Notes: generated from the sequence alone by a model not told the origin. Positions 35,501 through 47,300 are shown, numbered from the stretch's first letter. The stretch is 51,027 bases of DNA from Nemertoderma westbladi (GCA_032718475.1 JAUCBJ010002382.1:1-51027); one strand, 5' to 3'. A program made the numbers and translations.

Positions 35501-38500
35501 CCTTGCCTTCCCTTCTTCCCTTCATACCATCTAACAACCCCAGTCTCCGTCCCTCCTCCACGCCGCGTATCCATCCGATCTCCTTGCCTTCCCTTCATAC
35601 CATCTATCAACCCCAGTCTCCGTCCCTCCTCCACGCCGCGTATCCATCCGATCTCCTTGCCTTCCCTTCTTCCCTTCATACCATCTAACAACCCCAGTCT
35701 CCGTCCCTCCTCCACGCCGCGTATCCATCCGATCTCCTTGCCTTCCCTTCATACCATCTATCAACCCCAGTCTCCGTCCCTCCTCCACGCCGCGTATCCA
35801 TCCTATCTCCTTGCCTTCCCTTCTTCCCTTCATACCATCTAACAACCCCAGTCTCCGTCCCTCCTCCACGCCGCGTATCCATCCGATCTCCTTGCCTTCC
35901 CTTCTTCCCTCCGCTATGCCTCGTATCCATCCTATTTCCTGCCCTTCCCTTCTTCCCTTCATACCATCTAACAACCCCAGTCTCCGTCCCTCCTCCACGC
36001 CGCGTATCCATCCGATCTCCTTGCCTTCCCTTCTTCCCTCCGCTATGCCTCGTATCCATCCTATTTCCTGCCCTTCCCTTCTTCCCTTCATACCATCTAA
36101 CAACCCCAGTCTCCGTCCCTCCTCCACGCCGCGTATCCATCCGATCTCCTTGCCTTCCCTTCTTCCCTCCGCTATGCCTCGTATCCATCCTATTTCCTGC
36201 CCTTCCCTTCTTCCCTTCATACCATCTAACAACCCCAGTCTCCGTCCCTCCTCCACGCCGCGTATCCATCCGATCTCCTTGCCTTCCCTTCTTCCCTCCG
36301 CTATGCCTCGTATCCATCCTATTTCCTGCCCTTCCCTTCTTCCCTTCATACCATCTAACAACCCCAGTCTCCGTCCCTCCTCCACGCCGCGTATCCATCC
36401 GATCTCCTTGCCTTCCCTCCTTCCCTCCTCCACGCCGCGTATCCATCCTATCTCCTTGCCTTCCCTCCGTCCCTCCTCCACACCGCGTATCCATCCGATC
36501 TCCTTGCCTTCCCTCCGTCCCTCCTCCACGCCGCGTATCCATCCGATCTCCTTGCCTTCCCTCTGTCCCTCCTCCACGCAGCGTATCCATCCGATCTCCT
36601 TCCCTTCCCTTCTTCCCTTCATACCATCTATCAACCCCAGTCTCCGTCCCTCCTCCACGCAGCGTATCCATCCGATCTCCTTGCCTTCCCTCCGTCCCTC
36701 CTCCACGCAGCGTATCCATCCGATCTCCTTCCCTTCCCTTCTTCCCTTCATACCATCTATCAACCCCAGTCTCCATCCCTCCCCCACGCCGCATATCCAT
36801 CCTATCTCCTTGCCTTCCCTTCTTCCCTTCATACCATCTATCAACCCCAGTCTCCATCCCTCCTCCACGCAGCGTATCCATCCGATCTCCTTGCCTTCCC
36901 TCCATCCCTCCTCCACGCCGCGTATCCATCCTATCTCCTTGCCTTCCCTTCTTCCCTTCATACCATCTATCAACCCCAGTCTCCATCCCTCCTCCACGCC
37001 GCGTATCCATCCGATCTCCTTGCCTTCCCTCCATCCCTCCTCCACGCAGCGTATCCATCCTATCTCCTTGCCTTCCCTTCTTCCCTTCATACCATCTAAC
37101 AACCCCAGTCTCCGTCCCTCCTCCACGCCGCGTATCCATCCGATCTCCTTGCCTTCCCTCCGTCCCTCCTCCACGCCGCGTATCCATCCGATCTCCTTGC
37201 CTTCCCTCCGTCCCTCCTCCACACCGCGTATCCATCCGATCTCCTTGCCTTCCCTCCGTCCCTCCTCCACGCCGCGTATCCATCCGATCTCCTTGCCTTC
37301 CCTCTGTCCCTCCTCCACGCAGCGTATCCATCCGATCTCCTTCCCTTCCCTTCTTCCCTTCATACCATCTATCAACCCCAGTCTCCGTCCCTCCTCCACG
37401 CCGCGTATCCATCCGATCTCCTTGCCTTCCCTCCGTCCCTCCTCCACGCAGCGTATCCATCCGATCTCCTTCCCTTCCCTTCTTCCCTTCATACCATCTA
37501 TCAACCCCAGTCTCCATCCCTCCCCCACGCCGCATATCCATCCTATCTCCTTGCCTTCCCTTCTTCCCTTCATACCATCTATCAACCCCAGTCTCCGTCC
37601 CTCCTCCACGCCGCGTATCCATCCGATCTCCTTGCCTTCCCTTCTTCCCTCCGCTATGCCTCGTATCCATCCTATTTCCTGCCCTTCCCTTCTTCCCTTC
37701 ATACCATCTAACAACCCCAGTCTCCGTCCCTCCTCCACGCCGCGTATCCATCCGATCTCCTTGCCTTCCCTCCATCCCTCCTCCACGCAGCGTATCCATC
37801 CTATCTCCTTGCCTTCCCTTCTTCCCTTCATACCATCTAACAACCCCAGTCTCCGTCCCTCCTCCACGCCGCGTATCCATCCGATCTCCTTGCCTTCCCT
37901 TCTTCCCTTCATACCATCTATCAACCCCAGTCTCCGTCCCTCCTCCACGCCGCGTATCCATCCGATCTCCTTGCCTTCCCTTCTTCCCTTCATACCATCT
38001 AACAACCCCAGTCTCCGTCCCTCCTCCACGCCGCGTATCCATCCGATCTCCTTGCCTTCCCTTCTTCCCTTCATACCATCTATCAACCCCAGTCTCCATC
38101 CCTCCCCCACGCCGCGTATCCATCCTATCTCCTTGCCTTCCCTTCTTCCCTTCATACCATCTATCAACCCCAGTCTCCGTCCCTCCTCCACGCAGCGTAT
38201 CCATCCGATCTCCTTGCCTTCCCTCCATCCCTCCTCCACGCCGCGTATCCATCCTATCTCCTTGCCTTCCCTTCTTCCCTTCATACCATCTATCAACCCC
38301 AGTCTCCGTCCCTCCTCCACGCCAGCGTATCCATCCTATCTCCTTGCCTTCCCTTCTTCCCTTCATACCATCTAACAACCCCAGTCTCCGTCCCTCCTCC
38401 ACGCCGCGTATCCATCCGATCTCCTTGCCTTCCCTCCGTCCCTCCTCCACGCCGCGTATCCATCCGATCTCCTTGCCTTCCCTCTGTCCCTCCTCCACGC

Positions 38501-38708
38501 AGCGTATCCATCCGATCTCCTTGCCTTCCCTTCTTCCCTTCATACCATCTAACAACCCCAGTCTCCGTCCCTCCTCCACGCCGCGTATCCATCCGATCTC
38601 CTTGCCTTCCCTTCTTCCCTTCGCCATTCCTTGTCTCATCCCAGATTCTTTTGCTTCCTTAATCGCCTGATCGAATTCATTCCATTTTAATCCATTTTGA
38701 TCTCCCAT
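32561..38708 (-). CDS. GxxxG-repeat protein gene expanded by a VNTR; frameshifted as assembled (gene or pseudogene)
   Basis: Unique N-terminus MGDQNGLKWNEFDQAIKEAKESG (ATG 38708; alternative ATG 38852) and unique C-terminus GRRQGMKEGKDQERKRIINNK* both read in the Gly-every-fourth-residue frame of the repeats. Confidence 0.5.
32635..38620. repeat. ~6-kb composite minisatellite with 81-, 48-, 129- and 73-bp units
   Basis: Directly visible; plus strand strongly C/T-rich; 73-bp units lack 8 bp and occur only left of ~35750. Confidence 0.98.
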
Positions 38709-39473
38709 TTTAAGTTTAAGTTTTATGATTTTGTTGTATGATTGAATGATATTTATGATTATTTTTAAGTTGTATCTATTTAAATTGTCTAAATTACAAT
38801 TTTTGTGAGTTAGTTTAATTATATTCCAGAATTTACTTTCTACTGTTACCATAATTTGTTTAATTTCTAATTTTATTTTAATTTAATTCAATCCTACTAC
38901 TGCGTTACTTAGTATAAGTTAGTGGGAGTTAGAAGTTAGTAAGAGGGTACGTAGGTAGAACAGAACATCTGTAGGTATAATCTTTCGCATTATTCACGCA
39001 TGGATAAACACACCTACACTACATTATAATATAAAATAACATATACTTCTTACTTAATCTTACACACTGCAGATAATAGTGCGCCATTATCTGATATAAC
39101 TTAATGTATATAGACTAATGTTGTTAGTGGACTGAAATATTTATTTCGTTCCTGAAAAAGTCCACTACATTCTAAGTTTGGGTTATGTGGTGATAATATA
39201 TGGCTCGCCCCACGGATACCCTGGGACGAGGGGGGGGGGGGGAGACCTACCTGTGTGGGACAGTCAGTATGTCGGTGTTAGTCAGAGTACGGCAGTACAT
39301 ATTCTGTTATTCTTATTAGGCTACTTACTACATGCCGTGACCGGTCCCAGGAGGACCCTATTATACATATCTATCTGATAGTATCTGCTCCAGACAAAGG
39401 TTTTATTCGTCTGCTGCCTCGCAGCAATAGTAGATACGCCCACATGGCGCAGTGTGTAGGATAATTTGGGCCC

Positions 39474-40379
39474 ATGCCGCCTAAATCCAAAGGGAAGATC
39501 ACGTCCCCACCCACGGCGGACAGCAGCGACGGCGACGAAACTCTAGAAGCCCGAGGCGGCAGTCGCGCCCCTATCCGAATGGACGACCTCGCGCGAATCC
39601 TCGCCCAACAGCAGACTGCTATGGCTCAGCTGCTGGCGCAACAACAGGAGGACGCCAACCGTCGCCAGAAGGCTGCGGATGACCGCCTACTTCAACAACA
39701 GCTAACAACTAAACTCCTCGCGGCTTTACAACCCGGCGTGGCGGCGGCCGCCACACCGGAACTACTGACGACCCAACCCACGTACGCGGGGGCCGTCACG
39801 AACCCGGTTCCCCGACGCCGGGTAATCGACATCTCGACGATGGAGAAGATCGACGTGGACGTCGAGTTCTCAATGTTCCGCCGGTGGAGACAGGCGTGGC
39901 GGGTCCACGCCCACCGACAACAGGTCGCTATGTTCCCGCGAGCCGAGCAGGTTTACGCTCTCGTTGCTGCCCTCGGTAGCGGCCTACAGGAGACCATCCG
40001 CGTCACCCTACACGTGGACATCGACGCGGACAATACAACCACGGAGACGGTCCTCGATGCACTCCAGGGCCACCTCCGTGCCAAGAGGAGTATCGCGATC
40101 GACGCGATCAAGTTCCACGAGCGCCGGCATGGCGCGATGGAGGGATTCGATTCCTTCCGGGTGGCCCTGGAGGATCTCGCAGACACTGCGGAGCTCTGCG
40201 GGAACTGCCGCGACCAGCAGATCGTTACCCAGATCCTAGTGGATCTTCGATGTTCAGAGACCCGGACGGAACTCCTCAAGGTTCTTCCTCAACCGACCCT
40301 CGAGGACTGCGTGAGGATTGCGCAGAGCGTGGAAGCCAGCGAACGGAACGACTCGATCCTCGCGTCGGGAAACCAGTAA
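39474..40379 (+). CDS. gag: Gypsy Gag (capsid part)
   Basis: 301-aa ORF directly after the PBS; FRRWRQAW, FHERRH...EGFDSFRVALEDLA, PTLEDCVRIA. Confidence 0.85.
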   Translation: MPPKSKGKITSPPTADSSDGDETLEARGGSRAPIRMDDLARILAQQQTAMAQLLAQQQEDANRRQKAADDRLLQQQLTTKLLAALQPGVAAAATPELLTTQPTYAGAVTNPVPRRRVIDISTMEKIDVDVEFSMFRRWRQAWRVHAHRQQVAMFPRAEQVYALVAALGSGLQETIRVTLHVDIDADNTTTETVLDALQGHLRAKRSIAIDAIKFHERRHGAMEGFDSFRVALEDLADTAELCGNCRDQQIVTQILVDLRCSETRTELLKVLPQPTLEDCVRIAQSVEASERNDSILASGNQ

Positions 40380-43300
40380 ACAAACTCTCCGCGTACAAAC
40401 GCGAACGCTCGGCCTCCCGCAACCCCGCTATCTCCCGCTCCCCGATGGGCACCCGGAACTCATCACCCGACCCCGCGTGGCGGAACCCTAGCGGCCGCAG
40501 TTGCGGCAACTGCAGCCGGGAACCCCATGAGGCGGGCTCGGAATGCCCCGCCAAGGGGGTCAAGTGCCACGGCTGTGGCAGGATGGGGCATATCAAGCGG
40601 ATGTGCCGGTCCCGATCCGCCACCAAGAAGAGGGTGTCCACAGTGTACCACTGCCAGAGTATTAGCAGCGTTGCCAACAATCAGGAAACAGCCTGCAAAC
40701 TCTCTTATATCGCGGTGGGCCTGACAGACTCCGGGATCGGGAACCTCAAGGGGACGGTTCGTCACTCCCTCCCAGACAGTGGTGCGGCCGCCAACATATT
40801 CAACCAGGGACTGTTTCTCCGGTTCAGAGGGCGACTCGACGACCTCCTCCCGCTTCGAGACGACGACAAATTCGAGGCGGCCAACCGACTCCCCATGGCG
40901 GCCGTGGGGCGGTACCCAGTGGAGATCGACTACTGCGGGACGACGGCGACCACTAAGCTGGTCATCTCTCCCGAGTCCGACGGACTGATCCTCTCGAAGA
41001 AGACCATCCAGGACCTGGACATCCTCCCGCGCACCTTCCCGGCTCCCCTACACAGCTGCGGAACCGTCGCTTCTGTTGCTCCGTCCCCGGCGATCCGCTC
41101 CCGGGACAATCTCCTCCGCGAGTTCAGTGACGTGTTTGACAACGACTCCGCGCCTCTTCCGACGATGCATGGCCCGCCCATGCGTATCCAGCTAAAGGAT
41201 GGGGCCAAGCCGTTCCACGTCAACGGCGCGCGACCTGTCCCTTTCGCGAGATGCGGGACGAGGTGAAAGAACTCCTCCACAAGCTAGAGCGACGGGAAGT
41301 CATCGCCCGGGTTGAGGAACCTACGGAATGGGCCCATCCGATGACGGTGGCGCCTAAACCCAACTCCGCCACCTAAACTCGCAGGTCCGACGCCCCTATT
41401 ACCCAACGCCGAATCCACGGACCGCTGTCGCCGGAGTCTCCACGACTGCAAAGATTTTCTCCGTGTTCGACGCAGCCAGTGGCTACTGGCAGGTTCCCCT
41501 CGACGAGGAATCCCAACTCCTCACCACCTTCGCGACTCCCTGGGGCCGGTACTGTCACACTCGTAGTGTGATGGGGCTGATCTCGTCCGGCGACGAGTTT
41601 AACCGTCGAGGCGACGACGCCATCCAGGGACTTCCTAACCTCATCAAGGTTGTAGACGATGTACTCCTCTACAACGATACGATGGAGGAGCACATGGAGA
41701 ACATCGCGAGGTTTATGGAGCGGTGCCGGACCTACGGGATCACGTTACACCCGGGGAAGGTTCAGTTTGCCCAGACCAAGGTTCGGTTCGCTGGGTACCT
41801 CATCGGCGCCTCCGGGATAAAGGCCGACCCCGAGAAACTGAAGGCGATTGCCGCCTTCCCCCGCCCTGGGAACATCACCGATCTCCGGAGCTTCCTTGGA
41901 CTGGTGGAGCAACTCGCTCCGTTCTCAGCAGACATCGCTGCCATCGCGGCAGCGATCCCGCTACGTCCCCTCCTAAGCACGAAGGCGACCTTCAACTGGA
42001 CGGTGGACCACGAACGGGCCTTCGAGGCCACCAAGCTGGCTCTGACGTCACCGCCGGCCCTCGTCCCGTTCGACACGACCCGGGAGACCCGCCTAGTGAC
42101 AGACGCGTCCCGGCTGAAGGGCCTCGGCTACGCCCTCCTCCAACTTCACGGGGAGGATTGGAAGCTGGTCGAATGCGGCTCGAGGTTCACCACCGAGACC
42201 GAGTCCCGGTATGCCATGGTAGAACTCGAGCTGCTCGCCGTCGTATGGGCAGTGCAGAAGTGCCGTATGTACCTTCTCGGCCTCCCACACTTCAACCTAA
42301 TCGTTGACCACCAGCCATTGGTGACGATCATCGACAAGTACACGGTGGACGCGACCGACAACACGCGCCTCCAGCGGCTCAAAACGAAACTGGCTCCCTA
42401 CCAGTTTACCACCACGTGGACAAAGGGGAAGGACCACGCCATAGCCGACGCGTTATCCCGCGCCCCCGTCAATGACCCGACACCGGACGACATCGTGGAC
42501 GACGGCGAAATGGCGATGTACATCCGGGCCGTCACCCGCCAGACCGCCGCCGACATAAGCGGCTCCGATTCCGCCCACCTTGCGGATCCAGTCCTCGATG
42601 AACTCGCCCGACTGGCTCGGAACGATCCGGACTACAAAGCCCTACTCGCGGCTATCGAGGCTGGGTTTCCGGAATCCACCCGGACGAACCCAGCAGTGAA
42701 CATCTTCTGGTCTGTCCGGGACCAGTTAACCACGGACGGGGACCTGGCCCTGCTGGGCCATCGCATTGTGGTCCCCACAGCGTTGCGGAAATCTACCCTT
42801 ACGCGCCTCCACGCCTCGCACCAGGGGGTGGAGAAGACGCTACGACGTGCCCGGCAGTGTGTCTACTGGCCGGGCATAACTAACGATATCCGGACAACCG
42901 TGGGCGCTTGCAGCGAATGTCTGACCGGCCGATCGAGCCAGACAAAGGAGTCGTTCCAGTCGGAACCTCCACCCACTCGACCCTTCGAGGACATTTCGGG
43001 GGACTTCTTCTCCCTTGGGGCGAAGCACTTCCTGGCCGCCGCCGACCGATATTCCGGATGGCCGGAAGTGTACTCGTTTTCCGCCCCACCCACTGCCGAC
43101 CGGACAATCACCGCCCTGCGAGACTGGTTCATCCGGTACGGGGTGCCGACCCGCTTTCGCTCGGATGGCGGGACCCCATTCACTGCGGCAGCGACGACAA
43201 AATTCCTGAAGGAATGGGGGGTCACACCGGTCACGTCGTCACCGGAATACCCCCAGAGTAACGGGCACGCCGAGTCGGCGGTAAAGGCCCTGAAGAGCCT

Positions 43301-43889
43301 TCTGGTAAAGACTGGGGGCTCTACTACGTCCGAAGTGTTCCTGGAGGGGCTCCTGGAACTCCGCAACAGCCCCAGGGAGAGCGGCTCTTCCCCAGCGGAC
43401 ATTGTCTTCGGACACCCAATGCGGACGCGTGTCCCAGCTCACCACACTGCATTCGCCCGGACTGTACAAGAGACCCGGACGGAGCTAGACCGGGTGGCAC
43501 CAGCCATCAAATCGGCCCGGACCACCCAGTACAACCGCGGTGCCAAAGATTTGGAACCTCTCACGGTAGGCGCCCGGGTAAGGGTTCAACACCCGACCAC
43601 CAAGCGATGGGATCGCGCTGGAACCGTCGTAGAGACTGGTTCCCACCGGAAGTATACAGTCCGGATGCCGTCCGGACGCACCCTTGTCCGGAACCGACGC
43701 TTACTAATCCCGGACACCGCCCACCAGGCGACACCAACGGGCCCTCCGCCACCGGATGCGGCCCCAACGGGACTCACACCCACCAAGAAACTGCGCTGGC
43801 GTGAATCCCTAGTGGAAACTCAGACCTTCGATAAACTTTCAGTTTCGAGGTATCCAAAACGGACGCGTCAGCAACCCGACAGACTGTAG
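40368..43889 (+). pseudogene. pol: Gypsy NC-protease-RT-RNase H-integrase, broken by indels at ~41250-41460
   Basis: Zinc knuckles CGNC...H...C and CHGCGRMGHIKRMC; protease PDSGA; RT DAASGYWQ and VVDD; RNase H TDAS/ELELLA; integrase H-H-C-C and D,D,E (SGDFF, RSDGG, SNGHAES). Confidence 0.9.
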
Positions 43890-44392
43890 GACAGAACGGT
43901 TGATAGCTCGGCACAGCCTTAGACGGCTAATCCGAGCTCGTAAGGGGGTGTGGTGATAATATATGGCTCGCCCCACGGATACCCTGGGACGAGGGGGGGG
44001 GGGGGGGAGACCTACCGGTGTGGGACAGTCAGTATGTCGGTGTTAGTCAGAGTACGGCAGTACATATTCTGTTATTCTTATTAGGCTACTTACTACATGC
44101 CGTGACCGTCCCAGGAGGACCCTATTATACATATCTATCTGATAGTATCTGCTCCAGACAAAGGTTTTATTCGTCTGCTGCCTCGCAGCAATAGTAGATA
44201 CGCCCACAGGTTAATTTTCTGAACAAGCATCAGAAGCTGTCCAGAAGCTGTCCAGAAGCTGTCCATGCGGACTTTGAAAAAAATTGGTCGACGTATAAAG
44301 TTTTAGAAAGTCATACAAGATACGCTAATTAGCTACTTCGAGCAGTTAAGGAATATAATTCGAAACATGTATAAACTATTTTTGTTTTTTAA

Positions 44393-45441
44393 CCCCTTCC
44401 CGTCCAAGCCCTTAAAAAACACTCCGTGCTTGTGTTCCAAAATTTTAGGCCAACATACAAGTTCATTGTAATACAATTATTCGTTAATATAAATGGTAAT
44501 TAATGAACTATTCAATCATCAACGTTTGATGACGTCACAATCATGGCCTACCAGGTAGGCCATAGTGTGTAGGCCAGGTATGGCCTACCCCATAGGCCAT
44601 GGCGCAGTACATAAAAAAATTGTGTTATAAATATAAAATAAGGTATATAATTTATTCCAAGCTTTACAAACCAAGTATGAGATTTTCGAGCAGCATTGCA
44701 TGATGCAATCGTTTGATCAGCAATGTCTACACCACCCATTGCAAAATTGTATTTCTCTATCGGCAACGGCTTCTTGTACTCAACTGTAGTTGATCCTTGG
44801 TAGGAACCTTGTTTTATCTAATAATAATAATAATTACTTACTTACTGCCTTTGTTACGAGCATACACGGAGCTAATTGGTTGCACAGTTTTCTCTCTAAC
44901 TATCTTCGGAATTCCTCGGTTCACTCTCACCGTTCCGCAAATCCCGGTTTCCCGCTCATTTTTAGAAAATTAGCAAGACGGACCATTAGAGGGGCCTTCA
45001 ATGATCTTTATCAGAAATCTCCGACTCCATCTCGTCATCATCGTCTCCGTCTTTGCTCTGTTCGTCGCTCTCGTTTTCGAAATCATCGCTCTCGTTCTCG
45101 TCACCAACATACCTATAACTACGAGGTGGTTGCCTCGTCCGGCTCGGATACTTTGATTCCATCACAATCGTAGTTCTACCGTTTAGTTCTACCGTAGTTC
45201 TAACTGTAGTTAGGCACTAATGTAGTTTTTACTCTTAGCATTTAACCTACTTGATACAATTTAAATTTCCCTCCATGTCAAGACTGTGACCGTGAACTGC
45301 TCCAGAAAGCCATAAAACACCCCTGGTACAGTTCCAACATCCAGGTGTTTACATAAGAACCAATAGAACTCCATGGACTACCTAGTATGCCATGGCGCAG
45401 TACAATGGTGACATACCAAGTATGCCATAGACGGAAAGGGG
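44393..45441 (-). mobile_element. piggyBac deletion derivative
   Basis: TTAA TSDs (44389-44392, 45442-45445); 12-bp TIR CCCCTTYCCGTC; transposase remnant YNFAMGGVDIADQ...RKSHTW at ~44640-44775. Confidence 0.9.
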
Positions 45442-45616
45442 TTAATGTTCATTTAGTGTCGCCGCGTTCACTACCCCCTCTGCCGTAACAAAGTTTATTC
45501 CATCGAATGTGGAAAGCACTTCGGTGAGCCATTCTGGTTTCTTGATCGTAATCCAATTTATGATGGCATCGCAGTTAAACGATAGAGGGGAGTACTGGAC
45601 AGTGAGACCGCAAATT
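45442..45616 (-). CDS. Candidate terminal exon of the 46.4-47.2 kb orphan gene
   Basis: Acceptor TTTTCTTTTGCAG|A in phase 2, compatible with donor AAG|GTGGGA at 46384/46383; open frame ICGLTVQYSPLSFNCDAIINW...LNEH* whose stop lies in the piggyBac TTAA. Confidence 0.3.
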
Positions 45617-45799
45617 CTGCAAAAGAAAAGTGAACATGTTTTAGCACCATCGTCCCATCGTCGCCTACAGAGAAGAAGTTGAAGGTAAAACCTAGTGATT
45701 GCACCTGAAAAAATGGTGTACTAAATTAGCAGGTCACATAAGCTGGAGACAGCCAATTTGACTTTTAAAAACGGACAAAGAATGAATAATGAGATATAT

Positions 45800-46355
45800 T
45801 GGCCCATATTTTTTCTAACATAATATAACATTGTTTTATCCTTTTTTACTAGCTTGCACTTTGTTTTAGTTATTAATTAGTGTTCTAGAACATCATCTAC
45901 ATATATTTTGTATTAAAAAAAAGTTCTAGAACATGTTCAAGTTGTACCTTCTAACCTTGTATACTAGCTATTTATTATTTGTAGTTTACTTGTTGATTAG
46001 GGTTCTAGAACATTTTTATATTATCTAGAACGCTTTTTTTAATATTATATTATTATTTGAATACACATTTTGTTGTCGATTCGTTGTCGGAACAACAGAA
46101 GCCAAGTTTAAATCAAAATTAAAAAAAATGTTCTGAAACACATTGAAATATATTCTGAAGAACATTTGTTAAATACAAAATAAATGTAGATGATGTTCTA
46201 GAACACTAATGAATAACTAAAAAAAATACTAGCTAGTAAACAAGGCAAACACATAATTAAAAAAAAATTTAGATGATGATCAGCATTGCTGCTGTTGTAT
46301 GTTATATTATTATTATTTTGTATCAAAACGAATCCCAGAGAAAAATAGGGGTCCT
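45800..46355. mobile_element. AT-rich foldback/MITE with repeated GTTCTAGAAC palindromes
   Basis: ~45845-45915 is the reverse complement of ~46168-46240; outer ends also match loosely (GGCCCATATTTTTTCT versus AGAAAAATAGGGGTCC). Confidence 0.65.
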
Positions 46356-47249
46356 TCAAGGGTCTTCCTGTGTTTTTTCCCACCTTGAAAATCTGTATAG
46401 AGCCATTGGTGCATCAATCCCTTTTTCGTTCTGTCCCATTAAATAACAATTATTTATTTTCATATTAATTTTTTCTCGCTCCAAGACTTCAGCTGCAGTG
46501 GAAATTGTTGTTCTGAAGTCAGTTTCAGAATTCATGCCGGGTTCTGCTCTCAATTCAATGACTTTTATTTCCTCTTCCGGATCCAAGGGTACCAGTAGAA
46601 GGCACATGTGGTAGTACCGCATTATCGGAAATGTCACTTCGACAGGAATTCCACCTGGCAAGACCCATTGTATTACAGTCTTGACGTTCTCAGGGATCTG
46701 CTCCGAATCCAAAGAAATTGATGCGCTCAAATTTCGAGCAAAACACAGCTTGCTCAAAGTATTAAATTTGTAAAGCTGGTTGATCTCCATGAAGGTGTCT
46801 GAATTCGTTGGTGTTACACAAGCTGCATCTTCGAATTTATAACGGTACTTCAACTTGTAGTTGCTGATATTATGGGCTTTGGTGGTCACGTCTGCGTTTC
46901 GAAAGACATATTCTACAGATTGTTTCAAGGTCTTCCCGACTTGGGATTTCAGATGTCCGTGGTGCTTGCCATTGTGGTCGAGAAAATATGAGAAGGGGTA
47001 TTGCGTGTCCCATATATCGATCACTTCCAATCCGACTACGAAGAAATTATTCAAGAGTATTTTCATTGAGGCGCACATACAATTCAAGTTGTCCCTCCCA
47101 TCTTTTCCTGGACAGGACGAGACGCACAACACATTCGACTCCCGTTGCCTGGATGTGGATTGTTCGCATCTAGGCAATCCTGATGCTGATGCACTTCTTT
47201 TCATATTGACTTGGGCGTAAGCTAAGATCAAATCTTTGACGTTGACAAT
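46356..47249 (-). CDS. Orphan coding exon, ~290 aa, unknown function
   Basis: Long open frame in AT-rich DNA with globular-looking composition; in-frame acceptor-like CTCCAG|ATT at 47249; first ATG gives MKRSAS. No domain recognised. Confidence 0.55.
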   Translation of the reverse strand: MVNVKDLILAYAQVNMKRSASASGLPRCEQSTSRQRESNVLCVSSCPGKDGRDNLNCMCASMKILLNNFFVVGLEVIDIWDTQYPFSYFLDHNGKHHGHLKSQVGKTLKQSVEYVFRNADVTTKAHNISNYKLKYRYKFEDAACVTPTNSDTFMEINQLYKFNTLSKLCFARNLSASISLDSEQIPENVKTVIQWVLPGGIPVEVTFPIMRYYHMCLLLVPLDPEEEIKVIELRAEPGMNSETDFRTTISTAAEVLEREKINMKINNCYLMGQNEKGIDAPMALYRFSRWEKTQEDP

Positions 47250-47300
47250 CTGGAGTTACAATTATATTGATTACAAGAACATCTGTACTAAATCGTTAAA

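Larger units (their letters stand above)
39186..44208 (+). mobile_element. Ty3/Gypsy LTR retrotransposon (Mag-like), full length, pol disrupted
   Basis: TG...CA LTRs at 39186-39444 and 43949-44208, differing at about three sites; TSD GGTTA (39181-39185, 44209-44213); PBS TGGCGCAGT; PPT AAGGGGG; domain order PR-RT-RH-IN. Confidence 0.96.

Noticed and set aside
32694-38670. Plus-strand Pro/Ser-rich extensin- or mucin-like ORFs
   Set aside because: Antisense shadows of the VNTR with non-ATG starts inside repeats; only the minus GxxxG frame connects to unique start and stop sequences.
39953-43804. Many overlapping alternative-frame and antisense ORFs in the Gypsy element
   Set aside because: Expected by-product of high GC content.
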